NCBI GenBank assembly: GCA_963788195.1
Contig: CAWBGA010000001.1
Coordinates: 64,001-128,000, forward strand
Origin: Nitrospirota bacterium
GTDB taxonomy: Bacteria > Nitrospirota > Nitrospiria > Nitrospirales > NS-4
Reading direction: 5' to 3'
DNA: 64,000 bases
Shown piece after piece: positions 20,819-29,750 of this stretch; the stretch's first letter is position 1; every line of letters starts with the position of its first letter. The notes beneath the pieces were generated by a model. It was not told the DNA's origin and did no database searches. It worked only from the letters and a program-made list of their open reading frames with translations. Both the position numbers and the translations under genes were made by a program.

Positions 20819-21102
20819 AAGTCCTGTTCAACCATCCTGTTCGGGAATTGAACATCCCCGGGCCGAAACGCGTGCAAGATTTGTTGAAGGAACTGGATCT
20901 GATACCGGAAAGCGTCCTGGTTATTCGAGGGGATGATCTCGTGACCGAAGACGACACGCTTCGAGACGAGGATTGTGTCGAGATTCGCCCGGTCATCTCG
21001 GGCGGCCAGGGGAAAGAGGCTCCGTCTCGGCGGAGCCAGGGTGGGCGGGTGGCAAGGGGTAAAAAGGCTCCGTCTCGGCGGAGCCAGGGCGCGGGAAGCT
21101 GA
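20815..21102 (+). CDS. ttuB: ThiS/MoaD-type ubiquitin-like sulfur carrier (TtuB-like), CTG start, repeat-derived 31-aa C-terminal extension
   Basis: KVLFNHPVRELNIPGPKRVQDLLKELDL...IRPVISGG; GAGG SD 7 nt before CTG; upstream of ttuA. Confidence 0.75.
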   Translation: MKVLFNHPVRELNIPGPKRVQDLLKELDLIPESVLVIRGDDLVTEDDTLRDEDCVEIRPVISGGQGKEAPSRRSQGGRVARGKKAPSRRSQGAGS

Positions 21103-21349
21103 GATGAAGATCAAGAACAGAGAACTACCCCGGCGGCCTTATAACCATCAGGCCCATGGGCGAGACGAACTCGTCCTGGCGAGGTCGGGGGTGGGCTGGG
21201 TGTAGTGGTCGAGCAAGCTCGGCTTGGCGGGAGGGTGAATGTGGGCGGGTGGCCAGGGGGAAAAGGCTCCGTCTCGGCGGAGCCAGGGTGGGCGGGTGCC
21301 AGGGGTAAGAAGTCTGTCTTGGCAGACTTCAGGGTGGGCGGGTGAAATA
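21007..21349 (+). repeat. Hairpin/G-tract repeat cluster (locus C), five units plus linker module
   Basis: Three GGCTCCG-TCTCGG-CGGAGCC, one GAACTCG-TCCTGG-CGAGGTC, one GAAGTCTG-TCTTGG-CAGACTTC, mostly followed by AGGGTGGGCGGGTG. Confidence 0.95.
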
Positions 21350-21359
21350 AGGATAATTT

Positions 21360-22277
21360 ATGCGCTGCCGTAAATGCCCGCATAAAGCCGTGCTCGGCAT
21401 TCCGCGGCACAATACGGCGTTTTGTCAGACCTGCCTTACGGAATTTGTCTGCCGGCAGATAGAGCGTGCCATTCACGAAGAGAAGATGTTCACGAAGACA
21501 GACCGTGTGTTAGTGGCTGTCTCAGGCGGGAAGGACAGCCTCACCCTCTTGGATGTGTTGCATCGCCTGGGCTATGCGGTGGCTGCCCTGTACGTGGACC
21601 TCGGCATTGGTGAATATTCACGAGCCTCGAAGTCCAAGGTGGAACAATTCACAGAGCCGCGTGGGATCAAGCTGCATGTCCATGAGGTCCAGGAAAATGA
21701 GGGCGCAGGCATTAACGAGCTCTCGGCCTTGATTCGCCGGCCTACGTGCTCTACCTGCGGGACCATTAAGCGCTATCATTTTAACCGGACCGCGGTGGAG
21801 CACGGCTATACGATTCTGGCCACGGGTCATAATCTGGATGACGAGGCCGCCCGGCTATTGGGAAACATTCTGCACTGGCAGACGGACTATTTGGAGAAGC
21901 AAGGGCCGTCTTTGCCCGACTCGGTCGAGGGCTTCGCCAAGAAAGTGAAGCCTCTCTATCGCCTGGCAGAACGGGAGATCGCGGCTTACGCGATTGTCAA
22001 TCGCCTGGATTACATCGTGGAGGAGTGCCCGAACTCCAAAGGGGCTAAAATGCTGCTCTATAAAGAGACTTTGAATCGCTTAGAGAATGAGTCGCCCGGA
22101 ACAAAGCAGATGTTTTACTGGGGATTCCTTGCGAAGCAAAAAACTGAAAGCGCCGATCGGCCCTCGATGGCGGACAGCGATCGGGCGATTCTTCAGCCCT
22201 GTTCAAAATGCAGCCAGCCCACAACGAGTGAGATCTGCGGCTATTGCCGAATGATGGCGCGCGCGCAAACCGTCTAG
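21360..22277 (+). CDS. ttuA: TtuA/TtcA-family tRNA 2-thiolation protein (PP-loop, two Zn fingers)
   Basis: N-terminal CRKC..CQTC, SGGKDS, CSTC, TGHNLDD, EECP, C-terminal CSKC..CGYC. Confidence 0.85.
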   Translation: MRCRKCPHKAVLGIPRHNTAFCQTCLTEFVCRQIERAIHEEKMFTKTDRVLVAVSGGKDSLTLLDVLHRLGYAVAALYVDLGIGEYSRASKSKVEQFTEPRGIKLHVHEVQENEGAGINELSALIRRPTCSTCGTIKRYHFNRTAVEHGYTILATGHNLDDEAARLLGNILHWQTDYLEKQGPSLPDSVEGFAKKVKPLYRLAEREIAAYAIVNRLDYIVEECPNSKGAKMLLYKETLNRLENESPGTKQMFYWGFLAKQKTESADRPSMADSDRAILQPCSKCSQPTTSEICGYCRMMARAQTV

Positions 22278-22366
22278 AGCCGATTTCTTATCCCGACGCT
22301 TACCTTGCGGGATCGGCGGAATTCAGGTACAAACATCAGGATTCAAAAAATACCTTAAGAGATGAT

Positions 22367-22546
22367 ATGCCGTTGCCCGTGAAACCCTGCCCATACTGCC
22401 AAAAGCTCATGTGGGTGAAGGATGCCTCCGTCGAATGGCTTGATGAAACAACCTTCCGCTTTCCTTGCCCTCACTGCCATGCCCTAGTCCGCCGGAAGCT
22501 TATTGATTTCGGGGCGAACGCGTGCGGCCCCATCAAGCCGAGCTAA
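22367..22546 (+). CDS. Small Zn-ribbon protein (59 aa)
   Basis: CPYC...CPHC; fills the gap between ttuA and trmI. Confidence 0.7.
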   Translation: MPLPVKPCPYCQKLMWVKDASVEWLDETTFRFPCPHCHALVRRKLIDFGANACGPIKPS

Positions 22547-22572
22547 CTTTCGCGTCCGAATGTGGGAGGTTC

Positions 22573-23412
22573 ATGACTGCCCTTCAAGATGGCGAGCGCA
22601 TCCATTTAGTCGATTCCAAAAACCGACATTATGCGCTGACACTCAAGGGCGGCGACGTCTTTCAATTAAGCGGAGAGAGAATCGCTCACGATTCGCTCAT
22701 CGGCAAACCGGATGGAACTCTAGTCACTCTGTCCGCAGGGCGGCGGCTCTTAGCGCTACGTCCGACGCTCTCGGAATACGTCCTCAAGATGCCTCGCGGG
22801 GCGCAGGTCCTGTATCCCAAGGATTTGGGGGTGATCGTTCAATGGGCGGACATCTACCCCGGCGCCCGGGTGTTTGAGGCGGGCACCGGGTCCGGCGCGC
22901 TCACCATGGCGTTGTTGCGTGCGGTGGGAGACCGGGGCCATGTCTTCAGTTACGAGGCGCGCGAGGACTTTGCCAAGACCGCCATGAATAACATCGAACG
23001 ATACTTAGGCCCGAGCAAGAATCTGACTGTTCGGCAGAAGAATGCGTATGAGGGGATTGAAGAGACGGAACTGGATCGAGTGATTCTGGACCTGCCGGAG
23101 CCCTGGCAGGTGATTCCTCATGCCGCATTGGCTTTGCGCTCGGGCGGTATTTATCTCAGTTATGTCCCCACCATCCCACAAGTGATGCAGACCGTTGAAG
23201 CGCTCCACCGCGTCGCGGTCTTTTCGATGATTCAAAGCTTTGAAACATTGCTGCGCACATGGAACATCGAAGGGCGGAGTGTTCGTCCCGATCATCGCAT
23301 GGTGGCGCACAGCGGCTTTTTGACCGTAGCCAGAAAAGTCGAACCGGGCCTCGCGAGCAGGAGCGGGGCGCACACTCAAGACAGTGCCGACCCCGATGAG
23401 AACGAGCCGTAA
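22573..23412 (+). CDS. trmI: tRNA (adenine58-N1)-methyltransferase
   Basis: MPRGAQVLYPKD, EAGTGSGALT, LDLPEPW, RPDHRMVAHSGFL. Confidence 0.93.
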   Translation: MTALQDGERIHLVDSKNRHYALTLKGGDVFQLSGERIAHDSLIGKPDGTLVTLSAGRRLLALRPTLSEYVLKMPRGAQVLYPKDLGVIVQWADIYPGARVFEAGTGSGALTMALLRAVGDRGHVFSYEAREDFAKTAMNNIERYLGPSKNLTVRQKNAYEGIEETELDRVILDLPEPWQVIPHAALALRSGGIYLSYVPTIPQVMQTVEALHRVAVFSMIQSFETLLRTWNIEGRSVRPDHRMVAHSGFLTVARKVEPGLASRSGAHTQDSADPDENEP

Positions 23413-23517
23413 GTCGGGGCGCCGGTCCGCGCGCTGTCCGCGATCGTCGTTTTTCGAGACGGGTGATGCCGATTGGGGTAATTCAAAAGGGTGCGATGCG
23501 GCGGTGAGTCTCTCTTA

Positions 23518-25275
23518 ATGACTGAAATTGCTTTTCTTCGCGATCTGGTCGTTCTCTTCAGCGTCTCCGTCGTCGTCGTCTATTTTTTCGACAGATTGGG
23601 CTTGCCAGCGGTCGTCGGTTTCCTGGTGGCCGGGGCGATGGTCGGGCCGTACGGCTTGGATTTCGTCCAGGACGTCTCTCATGTCGAGGTGTTCGCGGAG
23701 ATCGGGGTCGTGCTTCTCTTATTCACCATCGGCGTGGAGTTTTCACTGGCGCATATCCCGTCGCTGCGCGGCGTTTTGGCAAGTGGAGGGCTTCAGATCG
23801 GATTCACGATAGCGCTTACAACGCTGGCCGGCATGGTCTCCGGCCTCCCCTGGAACCAAGGCGTATTTTGGGGATTTCTGGCGGCCATGAGCAGCACGGC
23901 CATTGTGCTGAATATGATTACCACTCGGGACGAAACCAATTCCCCGCACGGCCGGCTCAGTCTTGGAATTCTGATCGTCCAGGATTTTGCGGTCTTACCG
24001 ATGATGATGCTGACTCCGGGCTTGGCGAATCAGGGCGGCAGCATCATCGCGGTGGTCTGGCCCCTGGCGAAGGCCATTTTGGTCGTCACGCTGATTCTTG
24101 TTGCGGCCCGGTACCTGGTGCCTCGGATGTTGGAGAGGGTCGTCAGAAGCCGGAGCCGTGAACTGTTCCTGATCACGATCATCCTGATTTGTCTCGGCAT
24201 TGCCTGGCTCAGCTCGCTCGCAGGGCTTTCCTTGGCGCTGGGCGCATTCATTGCGGGACTGATCATTTCAGAATCTGAGTACAGCCATCAAGCTATGGCG
24301 GAAGTCCTCCCGTTCCGACACGGCTTCAACAGCCTGTTCTTTATGTCCATCGGGATGCTCCTCGACTTTCGTGTGTTACTGGCACACCCTGTGCTCGTAA
24401 CTACCCTTGTGGCAGCGGTTGTAGTGGGGAAAGCGGTGGTGACGGGGGTTGCGGCCATCGCCGCTGGGTACGCATGGCGGCCGGCAATTCTGACCGGTAT
24501 GGCCCTCGCGCAGGTCGGGGAGTTTTCCTTCATTCTTTCAAAGGTCGGCAAGGACGTCGGACTGCTGTCTACGAGCGCTTTTCAAATTTTTCTCGCCGTC
24601 TCGGTCTTGACACTGCTACTCACGCCTTTTTTGATCGAGCTGTCACCCAAGATTGCCCGCCGGGCGGAAGCGATACAGCGCCTCCATCACTGGGGTCGTC
24701 CCGAAGGCCTTGTGGAGGAGCCGCCCATGGTCTTGCGGGAGCATACCATTATCGCGGGCTACGGAATTAACGGGCGAAACCTTGCGCAAGTGCTGCGAGA
24801 GACGGAGATTTCCTTCGTCATTGTCGAGATGGATGGCGATGTGGTGCGGCAGGAACAAAAAAAGTCAGTGCCCATCTATTTCGGTGATGTCACCCATCCC
24901 CAGACATTGCGACGATTAGGCATCCAAGATGCACGGGCACTGGTTCTGGCAATTTCAGACCCACTTGCGACTCGCCGCGCTATTAAAGTTGCTCGTGAGT
25001 TGAACCCGAGGATCCATATCATTTCCCGAACCCGGTACCTTCGTGAAATCGACGACCTACTCGCTTCGGGGGCCGACCAGGTGGTCCCTGAGGAGTTTGA
25101 GACTTCTATCGAGATATTCTGCCTGGTCCTACAGGAATACCGAGTTCCCGCTGGAATCATCGCCGAGAAGGCGGAGCGAATCCGGAAACAGGGGTATGCC
25201 CTGTTGCGGCGGAGTAAGTCCGAATGGAAGGAGCTGGTTACAGAGCGAATTGATGACCGATATGTTGATGATTAG
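23518..25275 (+). CDS. CPA2-family (Kef-type) K+/H+ antiporter with TrkA-N/RCK domain
   Basis: GVVLLLFTIGVEFS, MSSTAIV, ILIVQDF, QVGEFSF, IIAGYGING. Confidence 0.9.
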   Translation: MTEIAFLRDLVVLFSVSVVVVYFFDRLGLPAVVGFLVAGAMVGPYGLDFVQDVSHVEVFAEIGVVLLLFTIGVEFSLAHIPSLRGVLASGGLQIGFTIALTTLAGMVSGLPWNQGVFWGFLAAMSSTAIVLNMITTRDETNSPHGRLSLGILIVQDFAVLPMMMLTPGLANQGGSIIAVVWPLAKAILVVTLILVAARYLVPRMLERVVRSRSRELFLITIILICLGIAWLSSLAGLSLALGAFIAGLIISESEYSHQAMAEVLPFRHGFNSLFFMSIGMLLDFRVLLAHPVLVTTLVAAVVVGKAVVTGVAAIAAGYAWRPAILTGMALAQVGEFSFILSKVGKDVGLLSTSAFQIFLAVSVLTLLLTPFLIELSPKIARRAEAIQRLHHWGRPEGLVEEPPMVLREHTIIAGYGINGRNLAQVLRETEISFVIVEMDGDVVRQEQKKSVPIYFGDVTHPQTLRRLGIQDARALVLAISDPLATRRAIKVARELNPRIHIISRTRYLREIDDLLASGADQVVPEEFETSIEIFCLVLQEYRVPAGIIAEKAERIRKQGYALLRRSKSEWKELVTERIDDRYVDD

Positions 25276-25388
25276 GGTGTCCCTTCGTCCAAAACGAAGG
25301 CGTATCGGGTTGTTTCTGCCCACATAATCAGCCCATTTTTTCCTCATAACACATTGATTATTAACATGTTATTAGGCATTCTGAAAAC

Positions 25389-25477
25389 TTGACAAATAGT
25401 CGGGTCACCCATTACAGTAGTATTGCGATGCTAGAGGGGAATCGGGGAGGTCCCGGGTAAAGCCGGCCTCCCCGATT
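25389..25477 (+). promoter_or_regulatory. Sigma70 promoter TTGACA-N18-TACAGT and 11-bp 5'UTR hairpin
   Basis: TTGACA 25389, TACAGT 25413; AATCGGGGAGG (25440-25450) pairs with CCTCCCCGATT (25467-25477). Confidence 0.55.
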
Positions 25478-25493
25478 ATCTTTGGAGGCCTTG

Positions 25494-26038
25494 ATGAATA
25501 CGGTCATGACTGCGCAACTTGATCCCCAAGCGGCACTTGATTGAGTTGCAAGAAAAAAAACCCAAGCGGGTGACACTGGTCGTCCTTAGCGGTGATATGG
25601 ACCGTGTCATGGCGGCGTTCATCATCGCGACAGGCGCGGCCTCCATGGGAATGCAGGTGACCATGTTCTTCACCTTCTGGGGGCTCAATGCCGTTCGCCG
25701 TCCGAGGTCCCGCGGGAAGGCAAAGGATTGGTTGCGTACCGTATTTGGGGCTCTTAATAAGCCCGGAGCCGAGAGATTGCCGTTATCGCGCTTTCATTTC
25801 TGGGGGCTTGGCACTCGAATGATGAAGCTTGTGATGAAACAACAGAGGATGCCTGGTGTGCCGGAACTCATGGAGGTGGCAAAGGATCTGGGGGTTAAGT
25901 TCATTGCCTGCACCACTACCCTGGGGCTGATGGGAATTGATAAGGATACCCTGGTTGAGGGCGTGGATCAACTCGCCGGCGTGTCAACCTATCTGGCGGA
26001 AGCCAAAGACGCCCAGGTGAATCTGTTTATTAAGTTAA
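25494..26038 (+). CDS. DsrE/DrsH-like (DsrE2) sulfur-relay protein (apparent +1 errors near 25535 and 26032)
   Basis: SGDMDRVMAAFIIATGAASMG, FFTFWGL, ACTTT, NLFI end; GGAGG SD before ATG 25494. Confidence 0.8.
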
Positions 26039-26049
26039 GAAGGTTACCC

Positions 26050-26295
26050 ATGCAGAAAGATGTTGTCCTCGATACGTTGGGGTTGTTTTGTCCCATGCCG
26101 ATCATTAAAACTTCAAAAAAAATTAAAGAACTCACAGTCGGTCAGGTCTTAGAGGTGATCTCCGATGATGAGGGTATCAAAGAAGATATGCCGGCATGGT
26201 GTGAGACAACCGGGCATGAGTTTTTAGGCCTCGAGGAACAAGCCAACGGCGGCAAGTCCACCCACTACAGAGCCTACGTTAAGAAAAGTAAGTAA
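26050..26295 (+). CDS. tusA: TusA/SirA-family sulfurtransferase
   Basis: LDTLGLFCPMP, GQVLEVISDD, DMPAWC. Confidence 0.88.
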   Translation: MQKDVVLDTLGLFCPMPIIKTSKKIKELTVGQVLEVISDDEGIKEDMPAWCETTGHEFLGLEEQANGGKSTHYRAYVKKSK

Positions 26296-26420
26296 TCCGT
26301 CTCTATTTTCGTTGAATCAGAAGGGATTTCGGGCCGCCGCCGGGCTGGCGGTTGTGAGACTTTTCCACAGTGATTGCACTGGTTGTTGACAACTTGTCCA
26401 TTTGCTGAATCACAGTTTTT

Positions 26421-26502
26421 CCACAATATTTAGATACACGTTCATTTTTTCTACTACATCTGGTATTTTAGTATTGACACGCTCCAGACTCAATGGTAAA
26501 AG
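26421..26502 (+). promoter_or_regulatory. Tandem NrdR boxes plus sigma70 promoter of nrdJ
   Basis: ccaCaAtATtTaGata (26421) and ctaCtAcATcTgGtat (26451) fit acaCwAtATaTwGtgt; TTGACA 26474, N17, TAAAAG with upstream TG. Confidence 0.75.
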
Positions 26503-26581
26503 CCGTGTCTAGTTTTTGGGGGGTGTGTCTCAGGCTTACCGGAATCCAGTCATTAGACAATTCGATCAGGAGGAAACCAGG

Positions 26582-28929
26582 ATGAAAACGACCGGGGGCG
26601 GCGCGTCTGATGTGGGGTTTGAGAACGGGGGGAGTGCTTCTCGAATTTCACCGAATGCGCAGCGAGTTTTACATAAACGCTACCTGGCCAAGGACGAAGA
26701 GGGAAGAGTCGTAGAGACACCGGCAGGTTTATTCCGACGTGTGGCGCATAACCTGGCTCAGGCAGAACTTCAATACGGTGCCAAGGCGGAAGAGGTTCAG
26801 GCGACCGAAGAGAAGTTTTATCAGCTCATGTCCAATCTGGATTTTCTGCCCAACTCTCCCACGCTTATGAATGCCGGGCGGCCTTTACAGCAACTTGCCG
26901 CCTGCTTTGTTCTCCCGGTCGAGGACTCCATTGCAGGGATCTATGACACCCTGAAACATCAGGCCCTCATCCATCAGACCGGCGGAGGAACTGGGTTCTC
27001 CTTCTCCCGGCTTCGCCCCAAAGACGATATGGTTCGAAGCACCGGCGGGGTTGCGTCCGGCCCGGTGTCTTTTATGAAGGTGTACAACCAGTCCACAGAA
27101 CATATCAAGCAAGGGGGGACCCGGCGGGGAGCGAATATGGGCATCCTCCGCGTGGATCATCCAGACATTTTGGAGTTTATCACCTGTAAGACGGATACGA
27201 AGGAGATCACCAACTTCAATATCAGTGTTGCGGTGACCGATGCGTTTATGAAGGCCGCCGCGAACGGTGAAAAATATAACCTGATCAGTCCCCGTTCAGG
27301 AAAAATTGTCCGGCAACTCGACGCACGGGACGTGTTGAGGAAGATCGCGCAATCAGCATGGCAAAACGGGGAGCCCGGTCTGTTTTTCATCGACCAGGCG
27401 AATCGCACGAATCCTACGCCGCATTACGCAATGATCGAGGCGACAAACCCCTGCGGCGAGCAGCCACTTTTGCCGTACGAGTCATGCAATCTCGGCAGCG
27501 TCAACCTTGAGACGCACATCGTGCGAAAACCCGACGGCCGTTACGATGTTGACTGGGCGCGGCTCGAGGAGTCGGTGCGAACCTCCGTGCATTTACTGGA
27601 TAACGTCATTGATATGAATAAATACCCGATTCCAGAGATTGAAAAATGCACGAAGGACAATCGGAAAATCGGCTTAGGGGTCATGGGTTTTGCGCGAATG
27701 CTGTTTAAGCTTGAAATTCAGTACGATTCCGAGAGCGGCGTGGAAATGGGCGCGAAGGTCATGAAGTTTATTTCCGATAAGGGCTACGAGGAATCGATGC
27801 GTCTGGCAGAGCAGCGTGGGCTCTATCCCGCGTGGAAAGGCTCCCTTCATGAGGCGCGCGGTCAGCGGGTCAGAAATTCCTATGTGACGACGGTGGCCCC
27901 AACAGGCACGATCAGCATGATCGCGGATACCTCCGGGGGTTGCGAGCCGGAATTCAGCCTGATCTGGTTCAAAAATGTGATGGATGGCGAGCACCTGCCC
28001 TACGTCCTCGATGACTTCATCGAGACCGCCAAACGCGAGGGATTCTGGCAAGAAGGTCTGATGGAGAAAATCCTTGCCAACCACGGCTCGGCCCGCGGGG
28101 TGCCGCAGATCCCGGAGAAGTGGCAGAAAGTGTTTGTCACGGCACATGATGTCGGCTCCCGAATGGCATGTGAGAATGCAAGCGGCGTTTCAGCAATATA
28201 CCGATAGCGGCGTCTCGAAGACCATCAATATGCCGACCCAGGCGACGACTGACGACGTGATGAAGGCCTATCTGATGGCCTATGACCTAGGCTGCAAGGG
28301 GATCACCGTGTATCGGGACGGCAGCCGCGAGGAACAAGTGATGAACGTAGGCGTCTCACATAAAAACACGGCGGCCGAAAAGCCGGCCGACTCAACCCCG
28401 GTCGAGCTTTCTCTCCCCGATGCCGGGGAGCTGCCGGAACCGCCGTTTGCCGGCGCCGGCCATCCGATCAAATTAGAACGTCCGGCGCGCGTGAGCGGGG
28501 AGACCATTGCGATCAATACCAGCTACGGGAAGATGTACCTCACGATCAATTCCATGAATGGCGAGCCGTTTGAAACCTTCGCCACAGTGGCTAAGGCGGG
28601 CGGGATGATTCAGGCAGATCTGGAGTGCGTCTGCCGCCTCATCAGCCTGTCGCTTCGCTATCGAATTCCGATGCATGAAATCACAAGACAATTGATCGGC
28701 ATCCAGGATGGCAATCCGTATGGAGTCGGGGCCAACCGGGTGCTCTCGCTGTGGGACGCCATCGCCAAGGCGTTGGCCAGTTTTCATCCTGCGGAACAGC
28801 GGCAGGAGTCAGGCGGCGAGCGTGTTGGCTATGCGCCCCGAAGGACTGCCCTGCCCTGATTGCGGCGCGCCTTTGATCCATACCGAGAACTGCGAAAAGT
28901 GCTTCTGTGGGTATTCTCGCTGCTGGTAG
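26582..28929 (+). CDS. nrdJ: Class II (adenosylcobalamin-dependent) ribonucleotide reductase with C-terminal TSCPD-like and Zn-ribbon domains (frameshifts near 28154 and 28782)
   Basis: PNSPTLMNAG, QLAACFV, TNPCGEQPL, APTGTIS, SKTIN, KGITVYRDG, CPDCG...CEKCFCGYSRC. Confidence 0.92.
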
Positions 28930-28954
28930 CCCATACGTCGAAGGGAGGGTACTG

Positions 28955-29287
28955 ATGTCAGGACCGTACAACCTGAAATACATCCATCTCTTCGTCACCG
29001 AGGTGTCATCCGGAGCCTACATCCTGTCGAGAAATGGAAGAATGGCAGACCGGGTGGGCCACGCTGATGAAAACCTCGCGCAAGACCTGCATCGGGAGGC
29101 TGTAGAAGCCAAGTACCGCTATTTTTGGTTTGAGTATGCGAGAAAAGCCGCGGCGGCGCACGACCTCGAATGTGCCTGGTATCATCGTTATCACCCGACG
29201 GACAATGTCGAGCATCCCTTGCTCGGCGGCGAAATGCGTTGTGCCGTTAAAGGGTGCTCCGAGGCTGTTGCCCACACTCGCGGGTAG
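28955..29287 (+). CDS. Small hypothetical protein with GIY-YIG-like pattern and possible Zn site
   Basis: GAYIL..RVG..D.NL, FWFEY, LEC..YH, DN..HP, C..C; GGAGG SD. Confidence 0.6.
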   Translation: MSGPYNLKYIHLFVTEVSSGAYILSRNGRMADRVGHADENLAQDLHREAVEAKYRYFWFEYARKAAAAHDLECAWYHRYHPTDNVEHPLLGGEMRCAVKGCSEAVAHTRG

Positions 29288-29383
29288 GCAAAGGTCCCCT
29301 GTGATTGCGATGCACGTCTCATATTGCCGTTCCGTCGGAGGTGTGCTAAAGTTTCCCCTGGTTGCGGGAGACTGGAGCACTGA

Positions 29384-29584
29384 ATGGAAATCAAGGTTTT
29401 CAACAACAATGTGGAAAAGGCTCTCAAGATTGCGAAGAAAAAACTGGCAGGGGAAGGCCTTTTCCGTGAGCTAAAGCGCCGCCGGTTTTACGAGAAGCCG
29501 AGTCTAAAGAAGAAAAATAAAGAACGAGAAGCTCAGCGCCGTCGCCAGAAATGGTTGGCGAAGCATCGCACCGGCTCCGGCTGA
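29384..29584 (+). CDS. rpsU: 30S ribosomal protein S21
   Basis: VEKALK..KKK, ELKRRRFYEKPS. Confidence 0.93.
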   Translation: MEIKVFNNNVEKALKIAKKKLAGEGLFRELKRRRFYEKPSLKKKNKEREAQRRRQKWLAKHRTGSG

Positions 29585-29750
29585 TTGTCCTATAGTTTTT
29601 CAAAACGTCCTTAGTTTTAGTGTTCTCACCGCCGGGTTCCGGCTATTCCTGTGCCCTATCTCTTCTCTATTGCCGCGCCCCATCGTTCTTCTTCGTCGAT
29701 GGGTGACCACTTCCATTTTTAAAAGCTGACCGCCGAGAAATTAGGTAACG

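Noticed and set aside
21007..21349. tRNA or rho-independent terminators as explanation of the hairpin repeats
   Set aside because: No cloverleaf, TTC or CCA; hairpins are followed by G-runs rather than U-tracts on the sense strand at loci B-D. A weak antisense-terminator role is not excluded.
25519..26295. Novel DsrE-TusA fusion protein
   Set aside because: Removing one base near 26032 gives NLFIS-stop; tusA has its own ATG and AAGG SD; this fits the window-wide +1 error pattern.
26582..28929. Naturally split nrdJa/nrdJb or programmed frameshifting
   Set aside because: The first break falls inside the conserved catalytic-domain motif (AHDV|APEWH) with no SD/start for a second gene and no slippery heptamer; both are +1 like the other errors.
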